From positions 127 to 64,126 of the forward strand of contig CAYMJV010000003.1 of the NCBI GenBank assembly GCA_964390545.1: DNA of 64,000 nt. The letters run 5' to 3'. Position 1 is the stretch's first letter, and every line of letters begins with the position of its first letter. The stretch comes from an uncultured Syntrophaceae bacterium. Lineage in GTDB: Bacteria; Desulfobacterota; BSN033; UBA1163. Positions 17,720-26,343 of the stretch are shown piece by piece. A model generated the notes under the pieces. It did no database searches and was not told the origin of the DNA. It saw nothing but the letters and a program-made list of their open reading frames with translations. Both the position numbers and the translations under genes were made by a program.

Positions 17720-18829
17720 ATGAGCAAAGCCCAACTTCTGGAGGAGCGCCAAACCAGGGTTCTCAAGGCTATTGCCCTTGAAAAACCTGATCGAACTCCA
17801 GTTGTCTTGGAATATGCTGGGTTCGCGGCTAAGGTAACCAACACACCAATGCCCGAATTTCTAGGTTCGCTCTCTAAGTCTGTCGATGTGATGATCAAGG
17901 CCTTCCATATCGTTGGAGATGGAGATGGGATTGATTATGGTTCATATTCCCCATATTCTCTCGCTTATGGTTGGATGTCCAAGGTGAAACTCCCTGGAGT
18001 TGAATTACCTGACGACGTCATGTATCAGGTTGCCGAAGCTGAACTCATGAAGACCGAGGACTATGATCGCATTCTGCACCAGGGTTGGCGTGACTTCTAT
18101 CGCCTTTTTATGCGGGAGCGGGTTCTGAACGACGTGCCGCCGGAGCGCCTGCCTTCGGCCCAACCCTTCATGGACGTCCGTGCCGCATGGGCCTCCCAGG
18201 GCATTCCGGTTCTGAGCGGTGGCACGGTGAGCCTGCCCTTCGAGCTGCTCTGCGGAGCACGTTCCTTGAACAGTTTCTTCATTGATCTCATGACCATGCC
18301 GGACAAAATCCAGGAAGTCATGGATGCTATGATGCCCCACCTCGTTGGTCATATCTGTAAAAAGGCCAAGACAGAAGGTTATCCCGCCGTTTGGATTGGT
18401 GGCTGGCGGTCAGCAAGTAACATGATTTCACGCCCTCTGTGGGAGCGTTTTGTCTGGCCCTATTTTGAAAAGGCGGTCGACGAGGTTGTCAACTCAGGAC
18501 TCATTGCTCTTCTGCATCTCGATTCAGATTGGACACGCGATTTAGGTTTTTTTAGATCCCTGCCCAAGGCCAAGTGTATCGTGGCTACTGATGGTCAAAC
18601 CGATCTGTTTAAGGCTAAAGAGATCCTAAGCGGCCACATTTGCCTTATGGGCGATGTGTCGGCGACGATGTTAGCCTTTGGCACGCCTGACGAGGTCTAT
18701 GAGTACAGTATCAAACTAATCAAGGAACTGGGTCCCGAAGGCTTCATCCTTCATTCTGGATGCGATATCCCCACGGACGCCAGACTTCCCAATGTTCAGG
18801 CAATGGTGGCGGCAGCCACAGGCAGATAG
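17720..18829 (+). CDS. uroporphyrinogen decarboxylase (URO-D)-family protein
   Basis: 369 aa. N-terminal LLEERQTRVLKAIALEKPDRTPV and C-terminal FILHSGCDIP blocks are typical of the URO-D/MtaA fold. The HxC zinc motif of MT2 methyltransferases is not seen (HLDSD). Confidence 0.65.
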   Translation: MSKAQLLEERQTRVLKAIALEKPDRTPVVLEYAGFAAKVTNTPMPEFLGSLSKSVDVMIKAFHIVGDGDGIDYGSYSPYSLAYGWMSKVKLPGVELPDDVMYQVAEAELMKTEDYDRILHQGWRDFYRLFMRERVLNDVPPERLPSAQPFMDVRAAWASQGIPVLSGGTVSLPFELLCGARSLNSFFIDLMTMPDKIQEVMDAMMPHLVGHICKKAKTEGYPAVWIGGWRSASNMISRPLWERFVWPYFEKAVDEVVNSGLIALLHLDSDWTRDLGFFRSLPKAKCIVATDGQTDLFKAKEILSGHICLMGDVSATMLAFGTPDEVYEYSIKLIKELGPEGFILHSGCDIPTDARLPNVQAMVAAATGR

Positions 18830-18949
18830 AAGGCCGCAAACGATCCCAGTGATCCTGGCGATAAGGAAGACGACAGGGAGACAATGGGAGATTAAAAATG
18901 GACCGGGAGAGAAGGTCCTGAATGGTCATGATTTTGAAGGAGCGAATCC

Positions 18950-19921
18950 ATGATTGAAGAGGTCGGAACCCATCTGTACAGGATCGAAATTCCTCTTCCG
19001 AGGAATCCTCTGAGAGCTCTGAACTCCTATGCGATCAAGAGCCCAGAGCGAAATTTAATTATTGATACAGGGTGGAATCAACAAGAATGTATGGATGCCA
19101 TGCAAGCAGGGTTGAAGGAACTTGAAATCGATATCAGGAAGACAGACTTTTTTATTACGCATCTCCATACCGATCATCTCGGACTCGTCTCAAACCTTGT
19201 CACAGATACGTCGACGATTTACTTTAATCAGCCAGAGGCTGACCGGATTCAGTCTGGCGTCGTCCTGGATGATCTTATGAACTTTGTTCGCTTGAATGGT
19301 TTCCCGGAAAAAGAACTTCAGGGGATCCCTCATACCCATCCCGGTTTTAAGTTTAGATCAAAAGGACCGTTAAGTTTCCATATTTTGAAAGAAGGCGACA
19401 CGCTTCGTGTCTCAGATTACGTGTTCCGCTGTGTTGAAACGCCAGGTCATTCAAAGGGCCATATGTGTCTCTATGAGCCGGACAAGAAGATCTTGGTGGC
19501 TGGAGATCATATTCTTAGGGATATAACGCCCACCATCTCATTATTAGATGGTGACTGGAATCCTTTGAAGGAGTATCTGGAAAGCCTCGACAAGGTATAT
19601 CAACTCGATATTGAACTGGTATTACCGGGCCATGGGGAGGTTTTCAGGAACCCTAAAGAGAGAATTCAGGAATTGAAAGATCATCACCAAAAGAGGCTGG
19701 ATGAGATTATTGCTATTTTAAAAAAAGGCAAGATGAATGCTTTCCAAGTAGCGTCCCAGATGACTTGGGATATTACGTATGATTCTTGGGATCTATTTCC
19801 TGTTTCGCAAAAATGGTTTGCCACCGGGGAGGCGATTTCCCACCTGAAATACCTTGAGGAAAAAGGGGCAGTTCGCAAGGAAATGCGGCAACACAAGAGA
19901 ATTTACTTATTGAATTCCTGA
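18950..19921 (+). CDS. MBL-fold metallo-hydrolase
   Basis: 323 aa. HxHxDH motif (THLHTDHLG), TPGHSKGH, GDHIL, LPGHG. Confidence 0.85.
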   Translation: MIEEVGTHLYRIEIPLPRNPLRALNSYAIKSPERNLIIDTGWNQQECMDAMQAGLKELEIDIRKTDFFITHLHTDHLGLVSNLVTDTSTIYFNQPEADRIQSGVVLDDLMNFVRLNGFPEKELQGIPHTHPGFKFRSKGPLSFHILKEGDTLRVSDYVFRCVETPGHSKGHMCLYEPDKKILVAGDHILRDITPTISLLDGDWNPLKEYLESLDKVYQLDIELVLPGHGEVFRNPKERIQELKDHHQKRLDEIIAILKKGKMNAFQVASQMTWDITYDSWDLFPVSQKWFATGEAISHLKYLEEKGAVRKEMRQHKRIYLLNS

Positions 19922-19999
19922 GGAATCCGAGGGTATGGTTGTTTGAGAATGTTGCGGGGGATCATTCCGGATGATAAATTTGCTGTGAGAGCCAAGAAG

Positions 20000-20830
20000 A
20001 TGATGCCGAAACATGCCTACCTGGAAATCAAGGGCCTTCGACTCCATTATCTGGATTGGGGAAAGAATGAGAAGGAGCCGATGTTGCTGCTTCATGGTTT
20101 CATGGCCCACGCTCATGCGTGGGATGAGTTTGCTTCAGGTTTTCGAGATCGATATCATATCATCGCTCTGGACCAGCGAGGTCATGGAGAAAGCCAGTGG
20201 TCAGAAGATGAGGCTTATTCGCTCGACGATCATTTCTCAGATATCGCTAATCTCATCGAATTTCTGGAGTTGAAGGATTTGATTCTTGTGGGGCACTCTA
20301 TGGGAGGCCGAAACGCCTTATTTTACACGGCATGCCACCCTCAAAACGTGGGGAGGCTGATTCTCGTTGATGCGCGCCCGGCAGACAGTGTAAAGGCTTC
20401 TGAGAGGCTAAAACACGATCTCCTTCATCTTCCGCTCCAGGCCAGTTCCTTGGATGAAATCGCACAAGCGATGCGAATGCTTTATCCCTCGTTATCAATT
20501 GAAATTTGCCACGATTTGGCATCCCACGGCTACAAGGAAGAGGGGTTGGGTGGACCATTTGTTCCAAAATACGACACGAGAATGAGTTTCCATTCTGAAC
20601 AGATGGGGTGCATGACGGAGGACCTTTGGCCTTTCATGAAAAATGTCGCTTGTCCTACGCTAATCGTTCGAGGAGAAGAAAGTCCTTTTCTATCCCGGGA
20701 AGATGCCCAAAAGATGAGCGTTATCTTTCCTCGGGCAGAATGGGTGGAAATCCCTCAAGCGACGCACATGCCGGTCCAGGAGAATCCGGTGGTATTCAAA
20801 AGGGTGATTTCAGATTTCTTGAGCAAATGA
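20000..20830 (+). CDS. alpha/beta-fold hydrolase
   Basis: MMPKHAYLEIKGLRLHYLDWG.., HGF oxyanion region, nucleophile elbow GHSMGG. Start is uncertain; the track ORF begins at 19943. Confidence 0.85.
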   Translation: MMPKHAYLEIKGLRLHYLDWGKNEKEPMLLLHGFMAHAHAWDEFASGFRDRYHIIALDQRGHGESQWSEDEAYSLDDHFSDIANLIEFLELKDLILVGHSMGGRNALFYTACHPQNVGRLILVDARPADSVKASERLKHDLLHLPLQASSLDEIAQAMRMLYPSLSIEICHDLASHGYKEEGLGGPFVPKYDTRMSFHSEQMGCMTEDLWPFMKNVACPTLIVRGEESPFLSREDAQKMSVIFPRAEWVEIPQATHMPVQENPVVFKRVISDFLSK

Positions 20831-20898
20831 CAGAGGGTTTTCTCATTTTACTAATCAGTCCGTTACTGAAAAGACACACTTCAGAAAATCTCCCCTGT

Positions 20899-20945
20899 CC
20901 CCTCTTTGCCAAAGAGGGGAAATTCCTCCCTTTTGCAAAGGGAGG
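20899..20945. repeat. tandem perfect 9-bp hairpins (REP family)
   Basis: CCCCTCTTT-gcc-AAAGAGGGG (20899-20919) and CCTCCCTTT-tgc-AAAGGGAGG (20925-20945). Confidence 0.7.
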
Positions 20946-21017
20946 AAAGGAGGGATTAGAGGGCCGATGTCTGGACAATTATGGACTCCTTAGTAAAGCA
21001 CAATGAATCTATAAACC

Positions 21018-21701
21018 ATGACCCAACGTATGCTGTTCAATCTCGAAAAAGAATCATTGCTGGCATCGGGCCTCAAGGATAATCGTCGACTCGTTGAGTA
21101 TAGAAGGAAGCTTGACCAATTAACCAAGCAATTCATCGGTCAGATGAAACCCCCTCATGAACCTGTGGAAAAGGCGAGAGTTCTTTTCGACTGGCTATGG
21201 GAAAGAAAACCAGGTCGGTACGAACCTCACGGTCATTTCAGATTAAACGACGTCATCGATGCCGAGCTGAGTAAGGAGAGCCGGACTGTCGGAAACTGCC
21301 TTGGTCTAACACTCCTCTATCAATGTCTGCTTAAGAAGATGGGCATTCATGCAGACGCACTCTATCTTGAGAATGCTTTTGGAATGGGTCCTCATGTACT
21401 GACTCTTCTTCAAACTGGCGCATCAGCGATCGATATTGAAAGTATTCTGCCAGAAGGATTCGATTATAAAGGACATCTGAATAATCCATCAAGAACGAAA
21501 TGGAGAGATAAGGAATTGGTAGCTGATATTTATCATAGCTTGGGTAACGAATGGTTCGAAAAAGGGGAACTGGCTAAAGCATTGAACAACTACGAGATGG
21601 CCATCAAACTAAATCCTCAATATGAGAAAGCGCACTTAAATAAAGCTATTTTGATGGACAAGCTCGGAGCAGGAAGGTATGACAGAATCATCAAACAGTG
21701 A
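21018..21701 (+). CDS. transglutaminase-like (Cys-His-Asp) protein with C-terminal TPR
   Basis: 227 aa. GNCLGLTLLYQCLLKKMGIHA .. GPHVLTLL .. AIDIES layout. TPR segment LGNEWFEKGELAKALNNYEMAIKLNPQYEKAHLNKA. Confidence 0.6.
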   Translation: MTQRMLFNLEKESLLASGLKDNRRLVEYRRKLDQLTKQFIGQMKPPHEPVEKARVLFDWLWERKPGRYEPHGHFRLNDVIDAELSKESRTVGNCLGLTLLYQCLLKKMGIHADALYLENAFGMGPHVLTLLQTGASAIDIESILPEGFDYKGHLNNPSRTKWRDKELVADIYHSLGNEWFEKGELAKALNNYEMAIKLNPQYEKAHLNKAILMDKLGAGRYDRIIKQ

Positions 21702-21703
21702 AG

Positions 21704-21848
21704 CTCCCCGCCCAGAGGGCGAGGCTTCACGGATAGCCGAGACTTTCCAGTCTCGGCGAAAATGCGGTTGCCGGACAATCCCGCCTTAGCGGGACGGCCT
21801 ATCGCGTTTTTGAAATCGTTGCATTCATCCGCGCCCAAAAGGCGGGGC
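21704..21848. repeat. about 145-nt multi-hairpin intergenic element
   Basis: Outer CCCCGCC(21706-21712)/GGCGGGG(21841-21847). Inner perfect GCCGAGACT-ttcc-AGTCTCGGC (21736-21757) and TCCCGC-ctta-GCGGGA (21779-21794). Confidence 0.6.
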
Positions 21849-21884
21849 ATTCTGTAGCATTTTCGTAGAAGGAATCGAGGTTCA

Positions 21885-22844
21885 TTGATAAAAAGAACGC
21901 GGGTTTGTGATCTCCTTCAAATCGAGTATCCCATTATTCAAGGGGGCATGCTTTGGCTTTCCACGGCTGAGCTTGCTGCGGCTGTTTCCAATGCAGGAGG
22001 ACTGGGTGTCCTTAGCCCTTTTGCAGGAATGGAGAAAAATGGAGATGCTTTAAGAAATCTAAAATTTCAGATAACCAAAGTCAGGGAACTAACGCAAAGA
22101 CCTTTTGCAGTGAATATTCCGCTCTATCTCCAACAGAGCGGAATTCTTATGGATGTGATCCTGAAGGAGGAAGTTCGAATTGTCATAACCTCGGGAGGAG
22201 ATCCCGGTGATTTTACTGAACTTCTGCATCAAGCAGGGGTGACGGTTCTCCATGTTGTCAGTTCAGTAGGACAGGCTCAGAAGGCAGAGTCCTGTAAAGC
22301 GGATGCCCTCATCGTTGAAGGAGTTGAGGCAGCGGCTTATGTGGGGTTTGACGAAATACCTCTTTTCTCTTTGATCCCTCAAGTCGCTGATGCTGTCTCT
22401 ATTCCCATTATTGCAGCAGGTGGGATTGTCGATGCAAGAGGGGTTGTAGCGGCCTTTGCGCTCGGAGCTGAGGGTGTGCAGTTAGGTACCCGATTTGTGG
22501 CAGTCGAGGAGAATATTGCAAACCCAAATTATAAACAGGCTATTATAAAGGCAAAAGATACGGATACGGTCATCACTTGTCGGAGGCTATTACCTACGAG
22601 AAGCCTTAAGACAGAGTTTACAAGGCGATTATTAGAGTTGGAGGCGGCAGGGGCTTCGGCTGATGCAATCAGAGATTTTCTCGGTACGAGTCGGGCGAGA
22701 AAAGGGCAGATAGAAGGTGATCTGGTCAATGGAGAAGCCTACTGTGGATCCTCTGCCGGATTGATCAAGGAGATACTCCCTGCAGCCACAGTGATTCAAA
22801 GACTGGTTGATGGGTTTCAAGAAATTGTTAAGAAAATGGCTTAG
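21885..22844 (+). CDS. NAD(P)H-dependent flavin oxidoreductase (nitronate monooxygenase / FabK-like)
   Basis: 319 aa with a TTG start. IEYPIIQGGMLWLSTAELAAAVSNAGGLGVL and IIAAGGIVDARG are typical of the NMO family. Confidence 0.85.
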   Translation: MIKRTRVCDLLQIEYPIIQGGMLWLSTAELAAAVSNAGGLGVLSPFAGMEKNGDALRNLKFQITKVRELTQRPFAVNIPLYLQQSGILMDVILKEEVRIVITSGGDPGDFTELLHQAGVTVLHVVSSVGQAQKAESCKADALIVEGVEAAAYVGFDEIPLFSLIPQVADAVSIPIIAAGGIVDARGVVAAFALGAEGVQLGTRFVAVEENIANPNYKQAIIKAKDTDTVITCRRLLPTRSLKTEFTRRLLELEAAGASADAIRDFLGTSRARKGQIEGDLVNGEAYCGSSAGLIKEILPAATVIQRLVDGFQEIVKKMA

Positions 22845-22871
22845 GTGGTTGAAGTGCACCCACATCAGTAC

Positions 22872-22960
22872 TAATACAAACGCATTAAATCTCGTTACGT
22901 TCAAGAGAATTACCCCTCACCCCATCCCTCTCCCCAGCGGGGAGAGGGGAGGGTGAGGGG
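22872..22960. repeat. 15-mer TAATACAAACGCATT plus a long interrupted GC hairpin
   Basis: The 15-mer at 22872-22886 is identical to 7430-7444. CCCCTCACCC(22913-22922)/GGGTGAGGGG(22951-22960) encloses CCCTCTCCCC-agc-GGGGAGAGGG (22926-22948). Confidence 0.7.
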
Positions 22961-22964
22961 GGCA

Positions 22965-24185
22965 ATGATGAAAACGAGAGACCCAAACATGAACCTTCTG
23001 GAAGACATACGAATACTGGATTTGGCAGATGAAAAGGCGAGCTTTTGCACCAAGCTTTTGGCGGATATGGGGGCAAGCGTCATCAAAGTGGAAAGACCAG
23101 GGGGAGATCTTTCTCGAAAAATAGGGCCGTTCTTAGGAAACTGTCCTCATCCAGAGCGGAGTCTGTTTTTCCTCCATCATAACACCAACAAATTGGGTAT
23201 CACCCTTAATCTAGAACACAGTGAAGGCAAAAAGATCTTTCGCAAACTGGTAGACAGGGCTGATGCTGTTGTAGAGAGCTTTTCTCCAGGATACCTTAAA
23301 GACCTTGGGTTGAGCTTTGAAATATTGAGCAGGACAAACCCCAAACTCATTTTGGTTTCAGTGACAGGTTTCGGACAAGATGGCCCCAGCAGCCAATACA
23401 AATCCTGTGACTTGGTAGCTTCCGCATTTGGGGGACAAATGTACGTGTCGGGTTCTCACTCAACTCCACCTCTTAAGCCTTTTGGAGAGCAATCTTATTA
23501 CACTGCTTCGCTCTTTGCTGCCATTGGTATTCTTTTAGCCCTTAGGAAGCGAAATCGCAGCGGAGAGGGGGAACATATCGACATCTCCTTGCAAGAGGCT
23601 GTGGTTTCTACCTTGGAACATGTCCTAATCCAATACTTTTATGAGAAGACCGTACCTAAGAGACAGGGAAGCCTCCACTGGAATAATTCTTTTTGTATTT
23701 TACCTTGTAAAGATGGTCACATTCTCGTGAGTCTGTTCCAACAATGGGAGACTTTAGTTGAGTGGATGGATAGCGAAGGGATGGCTGAGGATTTAAGAGA
23801 TGAAAAATATAAGGGGGAGGAATTTCGACAAAACCATTTTGATCATATTATTGAAGTATTGCAACGATGGATTAAAACACATACCGCGAATGAGCTTTTC
23901 GAATTAGGACAGCTGATGCGATTTCCATGGGCGCCGGTCTATTCTGCCAAAGAAGTTCTGGAAAGTCCCCAGCTGAAATCGCGGGGATTTTTCGTTGAGG
24001 TGGGTCACCCGGAGCTTGGAACATTCATTCAGTATTCTGGGGCTCCCTATAAGTTCGATGGTTGTTCATTGGATCGGTTGGAACGTGCACCGCTCATTGG
24101 CGAAGACAACATGGAGATTTATCAGGGGGAATTGGGCTTTTCTGAAGAAGAGTTAAAAAGGCTTTCTTCTATTGAAGCCATCTGA
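22965..24185 (+). CDS. family III CoA-transferase
   Basis: ATG 22965 is preferred over the track start at 22953, which lies inside the hairpin. ASFCTKLLADMGASVIKVERPGGDLSR. Confidence 0.9.
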   Translation: MMKTRDPNMNLLEDIRILDLADEKASFCTKLLADMGASVIKVERPGGDLSRKIGPFLGNCPHPERSLFFLHHNTNKLGITLNLEHSEGKKIFRKLVDRADAVVESFSPGYLKDLGLSFEILSRTNPKLILVSVTGFGQDGPSSQYKSCDLVASAFGGQMYVSGSHSTPPLKPFGEQSYYTASLFAAIGILLALRKRNRSGEGEHIDISLQEAVVSTLEHVLIQYFYEKTVPKRQGSLHWNNSFCILPCKDGHILVSLFQQWETLVEWMDSEGMAEDLRDEKYKGEEFRQNHFDHIIEVLQRWIKTHTANELFELGQLMRFPWAPVYSAKEVLESPQLKSRGFFVEVGHPELGTFIQYSGAPYKFDGCSLDRLERAPLIGEDNMEIYQGELGFSEEELKRLSSIEAI

Positions 24186-24194
24186 AGGATACTA

Positions 24195-25382
24195 ATGAAT
24201 CAGGGGATCCTTAAGGGATTGAGAATATTAGATTTTACATGGGTTTTGGCGGGCCCCTATGCCACAAGAATCCTTGCTGACTTTGGAGCGGAGGTGATTA
24301 AGATTCAGTCGAATAAAACAGCTGGGGGTACTGAGTCTAATCTAACGGGATATTTCAGTCATTGGAATCGAAATAAGCGAAGCATTGCCCTGGATATGAG
24401 TCATCCCGAGGCAAAAGAGATTGTCTTAAGATTGGCAAGAATAAGTGATGTGGTCATTGAGAATTTTTCTACTCGAGTGATGTCGAATTGGGGACTGGAT
24501 TACGAGAGGCTGAAGGAAGTGAGACCCGATATCATTATGGTAAGCATGTCAGCCATGGGACAAACGGGTCCCTGGAAAGATTTTGTGGCTTTTGGACCAG
24601 CGCTTCAGGCACTTTCAGGACTGACCTATCTTACTTCTTTTGCTGAAGAATCTCCTCTAGGGTTGGGCTATGCTTATGCAGACCCAGTGGCAGGTCTTCA
24701 TGCTGCATTAGCTATTTTGGCAGCCTTGGAATTCCGAGATCGAACAGGAAAAGGGCAATACATCGATTTATCGCAATACGAAGCAATGTGCACATTGCTG
24801 GGCCCCGCTCTCTTGAATGCATCGGCAAATTATAAAGAGTTTTCTCCTCAGGGTAATCATTCAGATAGTGTCCCAGCCGCTCCCTACGGATGTTACCAAT
24901 GCTCCGGCGTAGATCGGTGGTGTGTGATTGGTGTGTTCAATGAGATAGAATGGGAAACCCTCTGCAATATCTTAGGTTGGCCTGATTGGACGAGGGAGGA
25001 AAGGTTCTCTGATCTGCCAAAACGAAAGGAGAATAAGGAAGATTTGGATAGGTTCCTTGAACAATGGACGCTGCAACACAGTCCAGAAGAAGTGGTAAAT
25101 CTTCTCCAACAAGGGGGCGTTGCAGCAGGAATCGTTCAGAACGCTGAAGACCTTGCAAATGATCCTCACCTTATTGCAAGAGATTTTTTTATTCCATTAG
25201 AGCATCCAGTTCTTGGGAAAACCGTTGCAGATGCCTCCCCTATAAAATTCAAAAAGAATTCAAGGGACAAATGGAGAGCTGCTCCTTTGTTGGGCGAAGG
25301 CAATCGATATGTCTATACGGAATTATTAGGTTTCACAGAAGGTGAGCTGTCCTCTTATATTGAGAAGGGAATTATTACTTAG
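24195..25382 (+). CDS. family III CoA-transferase
   Basis: 395 aa. GPYATRILADFGAEVIKIQ. Confidence 0.9.
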   Translation: MNQGILKGLRILDFTWVLAGPYATRILADFGAEVIKIQSNKTAGGTESNLTGYFSHWNRNKRSIALDMSHPEAKEIVLRLARISDVVIENFSTRVMSNWGLDYERLKEVRPDIIMVSMSAMGQTGPWKDFVAFGPALQALSGLTYLTSFAEESPLGLGYAYADPVAGLHAALAILAALEFRDRTGKGQYIDLSQYEAMCTLLGPALLNASANYKEFSPQGNHSDSVPAAPYGCYQCSGVDRWCVIGVFNEIEWETLCNILGWPDWTREERFSDLPKRKENKEDLDRFLEQWTLQHSPEEVVNLLQQGGVAAGIVQNAEDLANDPHLIARDFFIPLEHPVLGKTVADASPIKFKKNSRDKWRAAPLLGEGNRYVYTELLGFTEGELSSYIEKGIIT

Positions 25383-25441
25383 CTCATTTGATCCCATACC
25401 ACTTCTCCATCAAGGATCGTCATTTCCACCCCGATATCCTT
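25379..25441 (-). pseudogene. 3'-terminal remnant of an amidohydrolase gene (paralogue of 62790..64000)
   Basis: Minus strand reads KDIGVEMTILDGEVVWDQMS*, against KDIGVEMTILNGEIAWDKMC* at the end of the intact gene. Shares the 23-nt core AGGATCGTCATTTCCACCCCGAT. No homology upstream of about 25441. Confidence 0.75.
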
Positions 25442-25442
25442 T

Positions 25443-25943
25443 GAAATCCTCCATAAATCGGATGTCTCCGGTGTAAGAATAGGCATTAGAAACTCAAAGG
25501 AGTTGAGATCTCTTTATGAAGAGATGATATCCAAGGTCTTTCATCGAGTCCCCGATGCTACGATCAAAGGAGTAATGATTCAAAGAATGGTAATAGAGGG
25601 GAGAGAATTGATCCTGGGAGCCAAAAGAGACCCCCAGGTTGGACCCGTGATCATTTTTGGATGGGCTGGGGTTTACACGGAATTATTGAAAGATTTCTCC
25701 TGCGGGATTCCTTCCATAACGCTTCGGGAGGCTGAAGAAATGATTTCATGCACGCAGGTATCAAAACTCTTGGAAGGCTTTAGAGGCGAACTTCCCTCGG
25801 ATCGAGTTTTCATAAAGGAGTGCATCCTCCGACTCTCCCAACTTATCTCCGAATTTCCAGAGATTACGGAGATAGACATAAATCCATTGAAAGTCTTCCC
25901 TAAAGGCGGTGTCGCTATAGATGTCAGAGCTGTGGTTCAATAA
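25443..25943 (+). pseudogene. truncated ADP-forming acyl-CoA synthetase (ATP-grasp_5 domain fragment)
   Basis: Begins mid-domain at EILHKSDVSGVRIGI.. (the ILHKSDVGGV motif) and runs to ..EIDINPLKV... All upstream CoA-binding domains are absent. The fragment starts exactly where the amidohydrolase remnant ends. Confidence 0.65.
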
Positions 25944-26343
25944 ATTCATTATCTTTTCAATCAACCAAAGAAAATCAATTTGGCAAATCTGGTGTCCCAA
26001 AAGTTTCGGGAGAACCTCAGTCTTAGTGGCCTATAGACATTAAACCATCCCCAATAGCCAAAGCTCTTCCACTTTGAACTCCGTAAATGTTAGATGTACA
26101 AGCATTGAGAAAATATGGGAAATCGCCGTTTCAAATTTCCCGTGTTAAACCCCTCAGTCCTCTCAAGCAGGTTAAGCTCCACTAGATCACTTACTGGTCT
26201 CATCGGCCACGATTCAGCGGTCAAAATGGGAAACACCTAAAAAATGACACACCGAAAAAAACCGCTTGACAAAAAATATAATTTAATATATGAACAAGTC
26301 TAAATAAATAAATGTCATTTATAATCTGAATTTCATTCATAAT

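Noticed and set aside
20608-21006. ORFs 20608..21006 (+), 20796..20978 (-), 10660..10860 (+), 12315..12509 (-) and 22885..23076 (-).
   Set aside because: Their sequences (PLFAKEGKF.., SFPPFAKGRNFPSLAKRGQGRFSE, PELVSGS..MLNQVQHD, PLPAGERDGVRG) are translations of the hairpin repeats, not genes.
801-22960. Possibility that the recurring hairpin repeats form a CRISPR array.
   Set aside because: The repeats are dispersed singly or in pairs in separate intergenic gaps. Their sequences differ and there is no regular repeat-spacer periodicity. No cas genes are present.
25981-26240. Open minus-strand stretch (..VFPILTAESWPMRPVSDLVELNLLERTEGFNTGNLKRRFPIFSQCLYI*) and a GGGAAAT..ATTTCCC hairpin in the 400-nt non-coding gap.
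   Set aside because: No start codon, RBS or recognisable family. It could be a decayed gene or an sRNA, but nothing in the sequence alone supports a call.
26266-26326. Promoter for the second TetR gene (TTGACA at 26266-26271, several TATAAT-like hexamers, AAATG-T-CATTT palindrome at 26310-26320).
   Set aside because: No -10 candidate lies at an acceptable 16-18-nt spacing from the TTGACA. The region is so AT-rich that hexamer matches are expected by chance.
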